Below are positions 50,267 to 59,979 of a DNA stretch of 64,000 nucleotides, piece after piece (the first letter of the stretch is position 1; each line of letters opens with the position of its first letter). Source of the DNA: an uncultured Acidobacteriota bacterium (GTDB taxonomy: Bacteria; Acidobacteriota; Thermoanaerobaculia; Multivoradales; UBA5704). The notes below the pieces were generated by a model. That model did no database searches, had not been told where the DNA came from, and saw only the letters and a program-made list of their open reading frames with translations. The position numbers were made by a program, and so were the translations under genes. The stretch covers positions 544,001 through 608,000 of the forward strand of contig CAVYRF010000002.1 in assembly GCA_963770895.1 (NCBI GenBank). Direction: 5' to 3'.

Positions 50267-51850
50267 TCATGCGGAGAGGTCGAGCTGATGGGCGCTCAGC
50301 ACCTCGTTGAGCGCCTGCAGGCGGGCGACCACTTCGGGCGCCACCGGCTGGTCCAGGCGCAGCACCGCCAGCGCTTTCTCTTCGCCATCGCGGCGCGCCA
50401 GGTGGATGTCGGCGATGTTGACGCCGGCGACGCCGAGCAGCGTCCCGAGCTTGCCGACGACCCCCGGAACGTCGCGGTTTTCCAGCACCAGCAGCCGCCC
50501 CTGCGGCCGGAACTCCAGCTGGTAGCGGCCGAACCGCACCACGCGCGGGTCGCGCCCGCCGATGAGGGTCCCGCCCAGCTCGACCGTGCGGCCGCCGCCG
50601 GCGAGCGTCACGCCGAGCAGCGGCGCCGGGTCGCCCTGGCTGCTGTGGCTGGCGACCACCAACGCGATGCCCCGCCCGTCCGCCACGTGCTCGGCATTGA
50701 CGTAGTTGACGCCTTCGCCCAGAAACGGCGTCAGCGCCCCCTTGAGCGCCGCCACGGCGATCGGCTGCCGGTATCCTTCGTCGATGCCCCAGGCGTCCAC
50801 CTGCAGGCGCTCCAGCGGCGCGTCCAGCAGCAGGCTCGCCATTCTGCCCAGGCTCTCACCCAGGTGCATGAAGGGCTCCAGCCGGCCGGCGCCGCCGGGA
50901 GCGGCGCGGAACGGCAGGTTGACGGCGGCGATGGAGAGCGAACCGGCCAGCGCCGCCAGTACCATTTCCGCGGTCTCGCGCGAGATGCGCTCCTGCGCTT
51001 CGAACGTCTGCGCCCCCAGGTGCGGCGTCGCCACCACCCGCGGATGCGACGCCAGCGTGCGGTCCTTGGGCGGCTCTTCGGCGAACACGTCCAGGCCCGC
51101 GCCGCCGATCGCACCCGACTCCAGGGCGGCCAGCAGCGCCGCTTCGTCCAGCACGCCGCCGCGGCCGCAGTTGATCACCAGGGCGCCCTTCGGCAGCAGC
51201 GCCAGGCGCTCGTGGTTGAGCAGGTTTTTGGTCTGCTCGGTGAGCGGCGTGTGCAGGGTGACCGCGTCGGAGACTTTCAGCAGCTCTTCGAGCGGCAACA
51301 TCTCCACTTCCAGGCGGCGCGCCGCCGCCGGGTCCAGAAAGGGATCGTAGGCCACCACCTTCATCTCGAAGCCGCGCGCCCGCGCCGCGACGCGCTGGCC
51401 GATGCGGCCGAACCCGATCACGCCCAGCGTCTTGCCGTACAGCTCGACGCCGGTCAGCTTGCGGTTCCAGCCGCCGGCCTTGGTGGAGGCGTCGGCTTCG
51501 GGCACCCGCCGCGCCACCGCCAGGAGCAGCGCAAAGGTGTGCTCGGTGGCCGACATCAGGTTGGCGGTCGGCGCGTTGACGACCAGGATGCCCAGCTCGG
51601 TCGCCGCCGCCACGTCCACGTTGTCGACGCCGATGCCGGCGCGGCCCACCACCTTGAGGTGGCGTCCGGCGCGCAGCAGCTCGGCGGTCACCTTGGTGGC
51701 GCTGCGCACGACCAGCGCGTCGCAGTCGGCGATGAGCTCGGCGATGCGGGGCCGGTCGGCCTCTTGCATCTGCACCAGCTCGGCGCCCGACGCGGTGAGC
51801 AGCGTCAGGCCCGAAGGGTCGAGGGAATCCGCGATCAGGATGCGCGGCAT
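50267..51850 (-). CDS. serA: D-3-phosphoglycerate dehydrogenase (long form with ACT domain)
   Basis: GRAGIGVDNVD, GFGRIG, TPHLGAQT, NRDVPGVVG..GVNIA. Confidence 0.95.
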   Translation of the reverse strand: MPRILIADSLDPSGLTLLTASGAELVQMQEADRPRIAELIADCDALVVRSATKVTAELLRAGRHLKVVGRAGIGVDNVDVAAATELGILVVNAPTANLMSATEHTFALLLAVARRVPEADASTKAGGWNRKLTGVELYGKTLGVIGFGRIGQRVAARARGFEMKVVAYDPFLDPAAARRLEVEMLPLEELLKVSDAVTLHTPLTEQTKNLLNHERLALLPKGALVINCGRGGVLDEAALLAALESGAIGGAGLDVFAEEPPKDRTLASHPRVVATPHLGAQTFEAQERISRETAEMVLAALAGSLSIAAVNLPFRAAPGGAGRLEPFMHLGESLGRMASLLLDAPLERLQVDAWGIDEGYRQPIAVAALKGALTPFLGEGVNYVNAEHVADGRGIALVVASHSSQGDPAPLLGVTLAGGGRTVELGGTLIGGRDPRVVRFGRYQLEFRPQGRLLVLENRDVPGVVGKLGTLLGVAGVNIADIHLARRDGEEKALAVLRLDQPVAPEVVARLQALNEVLSAHQLDLSA

Positions 51851-51854
51851 GGCG

Positions 51855-52982
51855 TCACGACTCCGCGCGCGCCGGCTGAGCCGCCGCGCCCGCTCCCTGG
51901 GCCGCGCCGGCGAGCCCCGCCAGCACGTCGTCGATCTGGGCGAGCAGCTCGGTCAAGTCGCTTTCGCGCACCTCGCCCATGTGGCCGATGCGGAACGTCG
52001 TGGGCTTCCAGTCGCCGTAGCCGCCGCCGATGGTCCAGCCGCGCGCCAGCAGCTGCTTGACCAGCGCCTGCGGGTCGACGCCCTGCGGCGGGCGCAGGCA
52101 CGACACGGTGTGCGAATGCGCTCCCGCCGCCGCCACGTAGGTGCAGCCGCGCGTCGCCGCCCATGCGGCGGTCTGGCGGTAGAGCCGTTCGTGGCGCTGC
52201 CAGCGCGCCTCCATGCCTTCCGCCAGGATGCGGTCCAGCTGGCGCTCCAGGGCGTAGAACAGCGGGATCGCCGGCGTGGTGATGGCGCCGCCCTCGCGGT
52301 GCTTGTCGCGGTAGCGCAGCAGGTCGGTGTAAAAGCCGCGGCGCTCGACCTTGGCGGCGCGCAGGGCGGCGCGGTCGGAAAGCGTGAACACGGTCAGACC
52401 GGGGGGCAGCGCCAGCGCCTTTTGCGTGCCGGCCAGCACCACGTCCAGCCCCCAGGCGTCGGATTCGACCGGCGCACCGCCGAGCGACGACACGGCGTCG
52501 ACCAGGATCATGGCGTCGCTCTCTTCGCGGATGGCGCGCGCGATCTCGGCCAGCGGGTTCATCACCCCGGTCGAGGTCTCGTTGTGCACCAGGGTCACGG
52601 CGTCGTAGCGCTTGCGGCGCAAGGTGGCGCGCACCGCGTCGGGATCGATCGCTTCGCCCCACGGCACCGACACGCGGTCGGCGGCCTTGCCGACGCTGCG
52701 GGTGATCGAATGCCAGCGTTCCGAAAAGGCGCCGCAGGTCAGGTTCAGCACATCGGCGGCGGCGGTCGAGATCACCGCGCTCTCCATGATCAACGTGGAG
52801 CTGCCGGTGGCGATGAGCGCGTCGCCGGCGGTGCGCAGCACGGCGGGCAGGCGGCTTGCCAGGTTGTTGTAAAAGGCACGGAAACCCGCCGACCGGTGGC
52901 CGACGACGGGAGCCGCCATGGCCTGGCGGGCATCCTCGGGCACATAGGTGGGACCGGGCAGAAAAAACTGGATCTTTTCCAT
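51855..52982 (-). CDS. Class V PLP aminotransferase (alanine-glyoxylate/serine type)
   Basis: FLPGPT, VHNETSTG, VDAVSS, GTQKALALPPG, FRIGHMG. Confidence 0.92.
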   Translation of the reverse strand: MEKIQFFLPGPTYVPEDARQAMAAPVVGHRSAGFRAFYNNLASRLPAVLRTAGDALIATGSSTLIMESAVISTAAADVLNLTCGAFSERWHSITRSVGKAADRVSVPWGEAIDPDAVRATLRRKRYDAVTLVHNETSTGVMNPLAEIARAIREESDAMILVDAVSSLGGAPVESDAWGLDVVLAGTQKALALPPGLTVFTLSDRAALRAAKVERRGFYTDLLRYRDKHREGGAITTPAIPLFYALERQLDRILAEGMEARWQRHERLYRQTAAWAATRGCTYVAAAGAHSHTVSCLRPPQGVDPQALVKQLLARGWTIGGGYGDWKPTTFRIGHMGEVRESDLTELLAQIDDVLAGLAGAAQGAGAAAQPARAES

Positions 52983-53101
52983 GATGGAGGACCTTTGCTT
53001 TGATTTGCCAACGGGCGGAATCCGCGCGCACTGTGCGGTCCGAATGCCGCATTGTGGCAAATGCGCCGGCCAGCCGCAACCCGCCCGCGGCCGGCGGGAG
53101 G

Positions 53102-53623
53102 CTAGGCCGGACTGTCGCCCTGCCGCGCTTTTCCAGCGCTGGCGGGCTTCGACCAGGGGTACGGGCGGCGCAGGTGGGCCACCAGGCTGGCGGTATCGAG
53201 ATGCCGCACCGCGTCAACGCTTGGGTCGCCGGCGGCGCTTTTGACCGCCCAGGCGTCGCTATCGTGGGGCGCCAGCAGCGGCATCTCCCAATCGTCCGGC
53301 GGCATCGCCGCCGCGCTGCTCCCCGACACCAGGACCAGCACCACGGCGCAGCCGGCGAAGTGCTCCCGCAACAGGTCGCGCAGCACCGGGGCCCCCGCCA
53401 TCGCCTTGACCGCCATGCTGTGACTGCCGCCCACCGCCACCGCCCGCCCGACGCCCGTCGCCACCGCGTCGGCCAGGCTGGGCGCCATCGCTTCCGGCGG
53501 CCGCAGCTCCAGCCAGCCGGTGCGCATGCCGGCGGCGGCGAGCGCCTGAACCAGCGGCGCGAAGACCGCCGCCGGCTCGACCACCGCCAGCAGGTGCGGT
53601 GCGCGGCGACCGCGGCGCGTCAT
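53102..53623 (-). CDS. Hypothetical protein, degenerate MobB-like
   Basis: ATGA overlap with namZ; LVQALAAAGMRTGWL..AVATGVGRAVAV..LRDLLREHFAGCAVVLV resembles MobB but has no P-loop. Confidence 0.55.
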   Translation of the reverse strand: MTRRGRRAPHLLAVVEPAAVFAPLVQALAAAGMRTGWLELRPPEAMAPSLADAVATGVGRAVAVGGSHSMAVKAMAGAPVLRDLLREHFAGCAVVLVLVSGSSAAAMPPDDWEMPLLAPHDSDAWAVKSAAGDPSVDAVRHLDTASLVAHLRRPYPWSKPASAGKARQGDSPA

Positions 53624-54891
53624 GCCGGGTCCCGTGGCGGCAAGGCCGGCGACTCGGGGTACAGCAGGATCTCCCGCCGCTCGGCGCGGAAGCTGGCTTC
53701 GTCCGCCGCCCACGTCGCCATCCAGGCGTCGAGCGCGCCGTCGTCGCCGCGATCCAGGGCGGTGCGGCACTCGCTGCCGCCGGTCAGCAGATCGATCGCC
53801 GGCCGGTCGGTGACAAATTCGTAAGCGGCCCGCCGCCAGCCGAACGCCCGCGGCGCGATCCGCGCAAACGCCCGCAGCAGCTCGACGCCGGTGCGATACG
53901 AGCGAAACGCCGCCGGCTCCGTCACCTCCAGCTGGACGCCGCCGCACACTTGGCCGCGGTGCTTCTGGAACTGCGGCCGGAAGTAGACCGGCAGAAAGAC
54001 GCAGCCGGCAGCGGCGCCCGCCTTGCCCGCGGCGCCCGCGGTGCCCGCACGCATGGCGCCGTGGGCGTTGAGCGCGTCGGCCAGGGCGGCGGGATCGACG
54101 CCGGGGGCGCCGGCCAGGTGAAACGGGCGCGTCGTGCCGCGGCCTTCCGACAGCTCGGTCGCTTCGATCAAACAGCCGCCGGGATAGATCAGCGCCGTGG
54201 CGGCGGTCGGCATGTTGGGCGACGGCGCGATCCAGGCAAGGCCGGTTTCGGACCACGACATCGCGCGCCGCCAGCCGTCCAGGGTCCACACCCGCGGCGC
54301 CTGCCGCCAGCCGCGGCGGCGCGCCTCCAGCAGCATCAGCTCGCCCAGCGTCAGCGCGTGCCGCACCGGCAGGCGGAAGGCGCCGACGAAGGATTCGCAG
54401 CCCGGCGCCGGCAGGTTGCCTTCGATCACCTCGCCGCCCAGCGGATTGGGGCGATCCAGCACCCACACTTCGCAACCGGCGGCGAGAGCGGCTTCGGCCG
54501 CCCACACCGCGGTGGCGGCGTAGGTGTAGTAGCGCGAACCGACGTCCTGCAGATCGATGATCAGCAGGTCCAGCGCCAGCCTGGTAAAGGTTTCGGGCCG
54601 CGGCGCCAGCGTCTCCGCCGCGTCGCCGTAGAGCGATTCGATCGGCGCGCCGGTCCACGGATCGCGGCCGCCCGCCGCCGCCACCATGTCCTGTTCGATG
54701 CCGTAGAAGCCGTGCTCGGGGCCGAACAGGGCATGCGGCGGGCCGGCGGCGCTGGCGGCCAGCGCGCGGTGGATGGGACGCAGGTCGCCGGTCACCGCGG
54801 CGCCGTGCGCCAGCAAGCCGTAGCGCGTGCCGGCCAGTTCGCGCAGGCGGTCCGGCGCCGCCAGCAGCCGGTCGAGCCCGGTCTGGATCAT
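53620..54891 (-). CDS. namZ: DUF1343 exo-beta-N-acetylmuramidase (NamZ family)
   Basis: LFGPEHG, DLQDVGSRYYTY, LDRPNPLGG, PSPNMP, SEGRGTTRPF. Confidence 0.92.
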   Translation of the reverse strand: MIQTGLDRLLAAPDRLRELAGTRYGLLAHGAAVTGDLRPIHRALAASAAGPPHALFGPEHGFYGIEQDMVAAAGGRDPWTGAPIESLYGDAAETLAPRPETFTRLALDLLIIDLQDVGSRYYTYAATAVWAAEAALAAGCEVWVLDRPNPLGGEVIEGNLPAPGCESFVGAFRLPVRHALTLGELMLLEARRRGWRQAPRVWTLDGWRRAMSWSETGLAWIAPSPNMPTAATALIYPGGCLIEATELSEGRGTTRPFHLAGAPGVDPAALADALNAHGAMRAGTAGAAGKAGAAAGCVFLPVYFRPQFQKHRGQVCGGVQLEVTEPAAFRSYRTGVELLRAFARIAPRAFGWRRAAYEFVTDRPAIDLLTGGSECRTALDRGDDGALDAWMATWAADEASFRAERREILLYPESPALPPRDPA

Positions 54892-55364
54892 GTCCGCTGG
54901 TAGGAGCCGCGCTGGCCGCCGCTCTTGGCTTCGAGCCGCAGATCGGTGATCACCGCGTCGCGCTGGACGGCTTTCACCATGTCGTAGAGCGCCAGCGCCG
55001 CCGTCGAACAGGCGACCAGCGCTTCCATCTCGGCGCCGGTGCGCGCCGTCGCCACCACGCGGCTGCGGATCTCGACGCCTTGCGGAATGGGCAGCACGGT
55101 GACCTCCACCTGGTCGAGCGGCAGCGGATGCGCCAGCGGGATCAGCTCGGCGGTGCGCTTGGCGCCCTGGATCCCCGCCAGGCGCGCAACCGCAAAGGCG
55201 TCGCCCTTGGGCAGATTGGCCAGGGCGGCGACGGTGGATGCGGCGAGCAGCACGCGGCAGGAGGCTTCGGCGATGCGCCGGGTGATCGGTTTCTGGGAAA
55301 CGTCCACCATGTGCGCCGAGCCCTGCTCGTCGAGGTGGCTGAAGGGAGGAGCCGGATCGGTCAT
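54888..55364 (-). CDS. moaC: Cyclic pyranopterin monophosphate synthase
   Basis: MVDVSQK, KGD, AKRTAELIPLAHP, TGAEMEAL, YDMVKA, KSGG. Confidence 0.95.
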   Translation of the reverse strand: MTDPAPPFSHLDEQGSAHMVDVSQKPITRRIAEASCRVLLAASTVAALANLPKGDAFAVARLAGIQGAKRTAELIPLAHPLPLDQVEVTVLPIPQGVEIRSRVVATARTGAEMEALVACSTAALALYDMVKAVQRDAVITDLRLEAKSGGQRGSYQRT

Positions 55365-55438
55365 CGGAGCGGCTCAAGGAGTGAGCAGGCGGGTACGGCG
55401 GCGCGCGGCGCGCCGCCGGTTCGCCGATCCGTTCGGTG

Positions 55439-55732
55439 TTACTTGCGGCGCTTCTTGTTTACCGATTCCTTCAGTTCCTTGCCAGGCTTGAAACGCACGC
55501 TCTTGCTGGCCTTGATCGTGATGGATTCGCCGGTGGCGGGGTTGCGGCCCTTCCGCGACGCCCGCTCGGAAAGCGTGAAGCTGCCGAAGGACGGCACCTT
55601 GGCGGACTCACCCGCCTTGACCGCCTCGGTGATCGCAGCAAACACCGCTTCGAAGGCCTCGGTGGCCTGCCTGCGCGTGAGCCCCTCCACAGAGTCCACA
55701 ATGCTATTAATCAAGTCAGCTTTACCAGCCAT
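55439..55732 (-). CDS. hup: HU-family DNA-binding protein
   Basis: FGSFTLSERASRKGRNPATGESITI..FKPGKELK; strong RBS. Confidence 0.95.
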   Translation of the reverse strand: MAGKADLINSIVDSVEGLTRRQATEAFEAVFAAITEAVKAGESAKVPSFGSFTLSERASRKGRNPATGESITIKASKSVRFKPGKELKESVNKKRRK

Positions 55733-55782
55733 CTCTCCTCCTCCTTGGATTCCGTTTTTCCGGCGCAGAAAACTAGGAAAAG

Positions 55783-55811
55783 ACGATAAGCCAACGGCCA
55801 GGGGCTGTCAA
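55783..55811 (-). promoter_or_regulatory. Sigma70-type promoter for HU
   Basis: TTGACA-N17-TATCGT on the minus strand. Confidence 0.65.
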
Positions 55812-55837
55812 TGCCTCGTAAGCGCCGCCGGAGCCCT

Positions 55838-57244
55838 TCAGGGCGCGGTTTTCGCGAGCACCGAGACGGAGAAGCCGTCGTGATCGTCGCCGGTCAGCAG
55901 CCGCCATGCGCCCGGTCCCGCGATCGCCGCGCCCAGCTGGGGATCGAGGCGACCCGCCAGGTCGAGCGGCTTGAAGTCCGAGCGCACGGCCAGGAAGCTG
56001 TCCACAACCTGTTCGTTTTCCTCCATTTCGAGCGAACAGGTGATGGCGACGATGCAACCGCCCGGCCGCACCAGGGGCGCCACGCCGCCGAGCAGACGCA
56101 GCGCCTGGCGCGCCAGGCGGCCGATCTCCCCCGGGCTGATGCGCCACTTGAGCTCGGGATGGCGGCGCAAGGTGCCGGTGCCGCTGCACGGCAGGTCGAG
56201 AATGATGCGGTCGAAGCTGCGCGCAAACGGCGGCGCGCCGGCGTCCGCCACCAGCGCCGGCAGCCGTCTGCCGAGCCGGTTCAGGTTCTGGCGCACCAGC
56301 AGCAGGCGATCGAGCGACACGTCGGCGAGCACCGGCCGCACCGACGGCTCGCGGGCGAGCAGCGAAAAGCTCTTGCCGCCTGGCGCCGCGGCGGCGTCCA
56401 GCACGCGCTCGCCCGGGCGCGGCGGCGGCACCAGCGCCGCCGCCTGGCTGGCTTCGTCCTGCACGTACAGGTCGCCGCGCGCGAACGCCGGCGAAGCCAG
56501 CGGATCGCCGTGACGCACCGTGAGCCCCATGGGCGCGAGCGACGACGGTTCCACGTCGACGCCGCAGTCGATCAGCGCCTCGGCCAGCAGCTCGCGCCCG
56601 CCACGGTCGCGAAACGCCAGCAGCTGCAGCGGTTTGCCGCGATTGTTGGCGGCCAGCAGCGCCGCCGTGCGGCGGTGGCCGAAGCGCGCCAGCCAGCGTT
56701 CGACAAGGAAGTCGGGATGGCTCATTTCGAGCGCCAGCCGGCGCGTCGGATCGCTCTCCCGCACCGGCCAGCTGGCCAGCTGCGGCGCGCGGGCGATGCG
56801 CCGCAGCACGCCGTTGACAAAGCTGGCGCCGCCGCGATGCGTCACCTGGTGCGCCTGCTCGACCGCCTCGTAGACCGCGGCATGCGGCGGGATGCGATCC
56901 AGAAACAGCAGCTGGTAGGCGGCGATGCGCAGCGGCGAGCGCAGCGCCGGCTCGATGTCGTCGAAACGGCGATGGCTGGCGTCGGCCAGGATCTGGTCCA
57001 GCCGCCGCAGCCAGCGCAGGCTCCCCATCACCAGCTCCACCAGCAGTCCCTGGTCGCGCTCGTCGAAGCGCCCGAGCGCGCTGTCGAGGAACGAATCGAC
57101 CGGCGCCATCGAAGCGAGCGTGCGGTCCAGCACCCAGCTCGCCGCCACCCGCACGTTGTCCTGCGGCGTGCGGCGCGGCGTCAGCCGGCGGTTGCGCGGG
57201 GAGCTGGCAGGCGCCGGCGGGCCGGCGCCGCGGCTGCGGGTCAG
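55838..57244 (-). CDS. rsmB: 16S rRNA m5C967 methyltransferase RsmB (NusB-like plus methyltransferase domains); start uncertain
   Basis: FVNGVLR, YVQDEAS, LDAAAAPGGKS, DLPCSGTG..RRHPE, TCS..EENE. Confidence 0.92.
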   Translation of the reverse strand: MTRSRGAGPPAPASSPRNRRLTPRRTPQDNVRVAASWVLDRTLASMAPVDSFLDSALGRFDERDQGLLVELVMGSLRWLRRLDQILADASHRRFDDIEPALRSPLRIAAYQLLFLDRIPPHAAVYEAVEQAHQVTHRGGASFVNGVLRRIARAPQLASWPVRESDPTRRLALEMSHPDFLVERWLARFGHRRTAALLAANNRGKPLQLLAFRDRGGRELLAEALIDCGVDVEPSSLAPMGLTVRHGDPLASPAFARGDLYVQDEASQAAALVPPPRPGERVLDAAAAPGGKSFSLLAREPSVRPVLADVSLDRLLLVRQNLNRLGRRLPALVADAGAPPFARSFDRIILDLPCSGTGTLRRHPELKWRISPGEIGRLARQALRLLGGVAPLVRPGGCIVAITCSLEMEENEQVVDSFLAVRSDFKPLDLAGRLDPQLGAAIAGPGAWRLLTGDDHDGFSVSVLAKTAP

Positions 57245-58332
57245 GAAAACCTCTCGCCCGCGCGCAGGCGCTCGCCGTTGACAAAATCCGCGCCGCGCAG
57301 CGCCCGCTTGCCGGGCCGTTGCAGCTCGGCAACCACCAGCCGCGTATCGTCCCCCGCCGCAATCAGCAAGCCCTGCGGCGTCAGCCCCAGAAAGCTCCCA
57401 GGGGTGGCGGCGGACGGACCGTCTTGCGCCGGCGAGGCGGGTGACGGCACCGCCGATGCCTGCGCCGCCGGCATTTGCGCCGCCAAAGGCTGCGCCGGTG
57501 GCGCTTGCGCTGCCGGCGCCTCCGCTTGCGCAGGCTGGGGTGCCGGCGTTTGCGCCGCCGCGGGCTGGTCCTGGGCGTGCGCGCGCACCAGCTTGACGGG
57601 AGTGCCGCGCAGGTCGGCGGTGAGGCCCGGCCATGGCGTCCAGGCGCGCAGGCGGTTGGCGATCTGCGCCGCCGGCAGGCTCCAATCGACGCGCCCGCCC
57701 TCGCGGGTGAGCCGCGGCGCGTAGGTGGCGAGCGCGGCGTCCTGCGGCTGCTGCGGCAGGTCGCCGCGATCCAGGCGGTCGAGCGCCTGCAGGATCAGTT
57801 GCGCTCCCAGCGCGGCAAGCCGCGGCGCCAGCTCGCCCGCGGTTTCGCTGGGACCGATCGCGATCGGCGCCTGGAGCAGGATGGGACCGGTGTCGAGCCC
57901 CGCTTCCATGCGCATGACGGTGACGCCGGTGCGCGCCTCGCCGGCGGCGATGGCCGCCTGGATCGGCGAGGCGCCGCGCCAGGCCGGCAGCAGCGACGCG
58001 TGCAGGTTGAGGCAGCCCAGCGCCGGCAGCGCCAGCAGCTCGGCGGGAAAGATCTGGCCAAAGGCCACCACCACGGCGATCGCCGGCGCCAGCGGCCGCA
58101 GCTCGGCCAGGAAGTCCGGCGAGCGCACGCGTTCGGGTTGCAGCACCGGCAGGCCATGCTCCAGCGCCCAGCGGGCGACCGGCGGCTGGCGCAGCTGCTG
58201 ACCGCGGCCGGCGGGGCGCGGCGGTTGCGTCACCACTCGCAGCGGCGCGCGCCCGGCCGCCACCAGCGCCTGCAGTGCCGGCACCGCAAGCTCCGGCGTG
58301 CCAAAGAAAAGGAGCGGATGGGTCGGCGGCAT
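57241..58332 (-). CDS. fmt: Methionyl-tRNA formyltransferase
   Basis: FFGTPE, NLHASLLP..RGASPIQ, GLDTG, PWPG, LQRPGKR. Confidence 0.95.
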   Translation of the reverse strand: MPPTHPLLFFGTPELAVPALQALVAAGRAPLRVVTQPPRPAGRGQQLRQPPVARWALEHGLPVLQPERVRSPDFLAELRPLAPAIAVVVAFGQIFPAELLALPALGCLNLHASLLPAWRGASPIQAAIAAGEARTGVTVMRMEAGLDTGPILLQAPIAIGPSETAGELAPRLAALGAQLILQALDRLDRGDLPQQPQDAALATYAPRLTREGGRVDWSLPAAQIANRLRAWTPWPGLTADLRGTPVKLVRAHAQDQPAAAQTPAPQPAQAEAPAAQAPPAQPLAAQMPAAQASAVPSPASPAQDGPSAATPGSFLGLTPQGLLIAAGDDTRLVVAELQRPGKRALRGADFVNGERLRAGERFS

Positions 58333-58567
58333 GGCGGCGATGCTACCACCCGCTCCACCTGGCCTGGCGCACGTGCGGCGCGCTCCGATGGCAAACGATC
58401 CTTGGCAGCACGGCTGCGCGCAACCCGGACCGATGGCTGGCTTGGGTTGGCGCTGCCGCGATGGGCTACGGCGATGGGCGACGGACGGCGGGAGCGACAG
58501 CCGGTAGAGACAGCGAACCCCGGGAGGTGACCCTGCCCGGGGCTGGTGCTGCGACGATGCGGCTGGC

Positions 58568-59869
58568 TCAGGGGATCGGATTTTCGACGGTCATCGGGAT
58601 CTTGCCGATGAACGTGTAGACGCCGTTGGAGTCCACCACCTGTGCCGACAGCTCGTGCACACCGTTGGACAGCTGGGTGGTGTCGATGTAGGAGTACCAG
58701 CCTGACGTGGCGGAGGTGGGATAGTTGGGATATTCGGAGAAGATGTCGGGCCGGGCCAAGCCGTAGTAGGCGAAGTTGTAAAGGTTGCCGTCGACGTAGA
58801 CCAGCACCGCGTTGACGCCTTCGTAATCGAGCGCCCAGCCGGACGCGATCACGTTGCCGCCGAACAGCAGGCCCGGAACCGGATTGTCGATACCGCCGAT
58901 TCCCAGGTCCTGGTTGGTGAAGTCGAAGCAGGTGAAGAACACCGCGATCGAGGCGATGTCGGTGACGTTGCCGGCGATGTCGCCGACGCGGATATCAATC
59001 TGGTGACTGCCGGGTGCGTACTGCGCCGGAATCACCGTGCCGTCGCCGCTCGGATCGCTGTGCGCACTCATCAGGTCGCCGATGTCGAGCGCGAAACGAA
59101 AGCCCGCGTTGGGCGTGTCCTTGAGGCCGGGATAGATCTGCAGCAGGTCCGGCCGGTAGAGACCGTAGCAGTTGGTGTAGCCGCCGGCTTCGGGCAGGTA
59201 TTCACAACCCGCCTTGCTGTTGTAGCTGCCCAGGTCGAAGTTGAAGTCGTCGAACAGGTTGGCGCCGTCCAGCAGCAGCTCGACATAGCCGATGCCGGTC
59301 TCTTCGTTCTGCACGTTCACGCCCAGGGCATAGCCCTGCACGATGTTGTAGTTGCGGCTGTCGCGATTGGACGGGGCCCAGGGCGTGCAGGTGCCGTACA
59401 GCTGGGCGCCCAGGTTCGGGAACTCGATTTTGCCGAAAGGCAGGAGGTCCGCTTCGGTGTTGGTGAATTGCAGCCGGATCCTGTTCAGATAGGCGACTTC
59501 ACCGGTGCGGCTTTCCACCCTGGCCGACACGAAGTGCATGCCGTTGAGGAACTTGGTGGTATCCAGCTCGTAGCCGAAACCGGCGGCCGCCGAATCGGGA
59601 TAGTGGGGATATTCCTTGGTCACCAGCGGGCGGCTGCGGCCGTAGTTGGACCGGCCGACGATCGCGCCATCGACCACGATGTCGACGGCGAAGACGCCGG
59701 AATCCGCCAGCGCCCAGCCCGCGATCGGCACGACACCGTTACCGGAATTGCCGCCGTCCACCAGGCCGGTGAAAAATCCAAAAGGCGCCGCGGCCCAGGC
59801 GGCAGGCGCCCCGAGGCACAGCGTCAGCAAGAGCATCCACGTCGCAAGAGAAGCCTTTCGCCACATCAT
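58568..59869 (-). CDS. Secreted protein with three Ig-like repeats
   Basis: Signal peptide; repeated G(W/Y)AL..VDG..YG..RP..YP..G(F/W)..DT..NG.H units. Confidence 0.8.
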   Translation of the reverse strand: MMWRKASLATWMLLLTLCLGAPAAWAAAPFGFFTGLVDGGNSGNGVVPIAGWALADSGVFAVDIVVDGAIVGRSNYGRSRPLVTKEYPHYPDSAAAGFGYELDTTKFLNGMHFVSARVESRTGEVAYLNRIRLQFTNTEADLLPFGKIEFPNLGAQLYGTCTPWAPSNRDSRNYNIVQGYALGVNVQNEETGIGYVELLLDGANLFDDFNFDLGSYNSKAGCEYLPEAGGYTNCYGLYRPDLLQIYPGLKDTPNAGFRFALDIGDLMSAHSDPSGDGTVIPAQYAPGSHQIDIRVGDIAGNVTDIASIAVFFTCFDFTNQDLGIGGIDNPVPGLLFGGNVIASGWALDYEGVNAVLVYVDGNLYNFAYYGLARPDIFSEYPNYPTSATSGWYSYIDTTQLSNGVHELSAQVVDSNGVYTFIGKIPMTVENPIP

Positions 59870-59979
59870 CACTCCGACCTCCGCTGCGCCGGCCCGGCCC
59901 CCACGTTGCAAATCGTGAAAGCGCCTTTACGACGCAGGCATCACCGGCCTTCTTTCAAGTGATACGTTAACTTTCGGCG

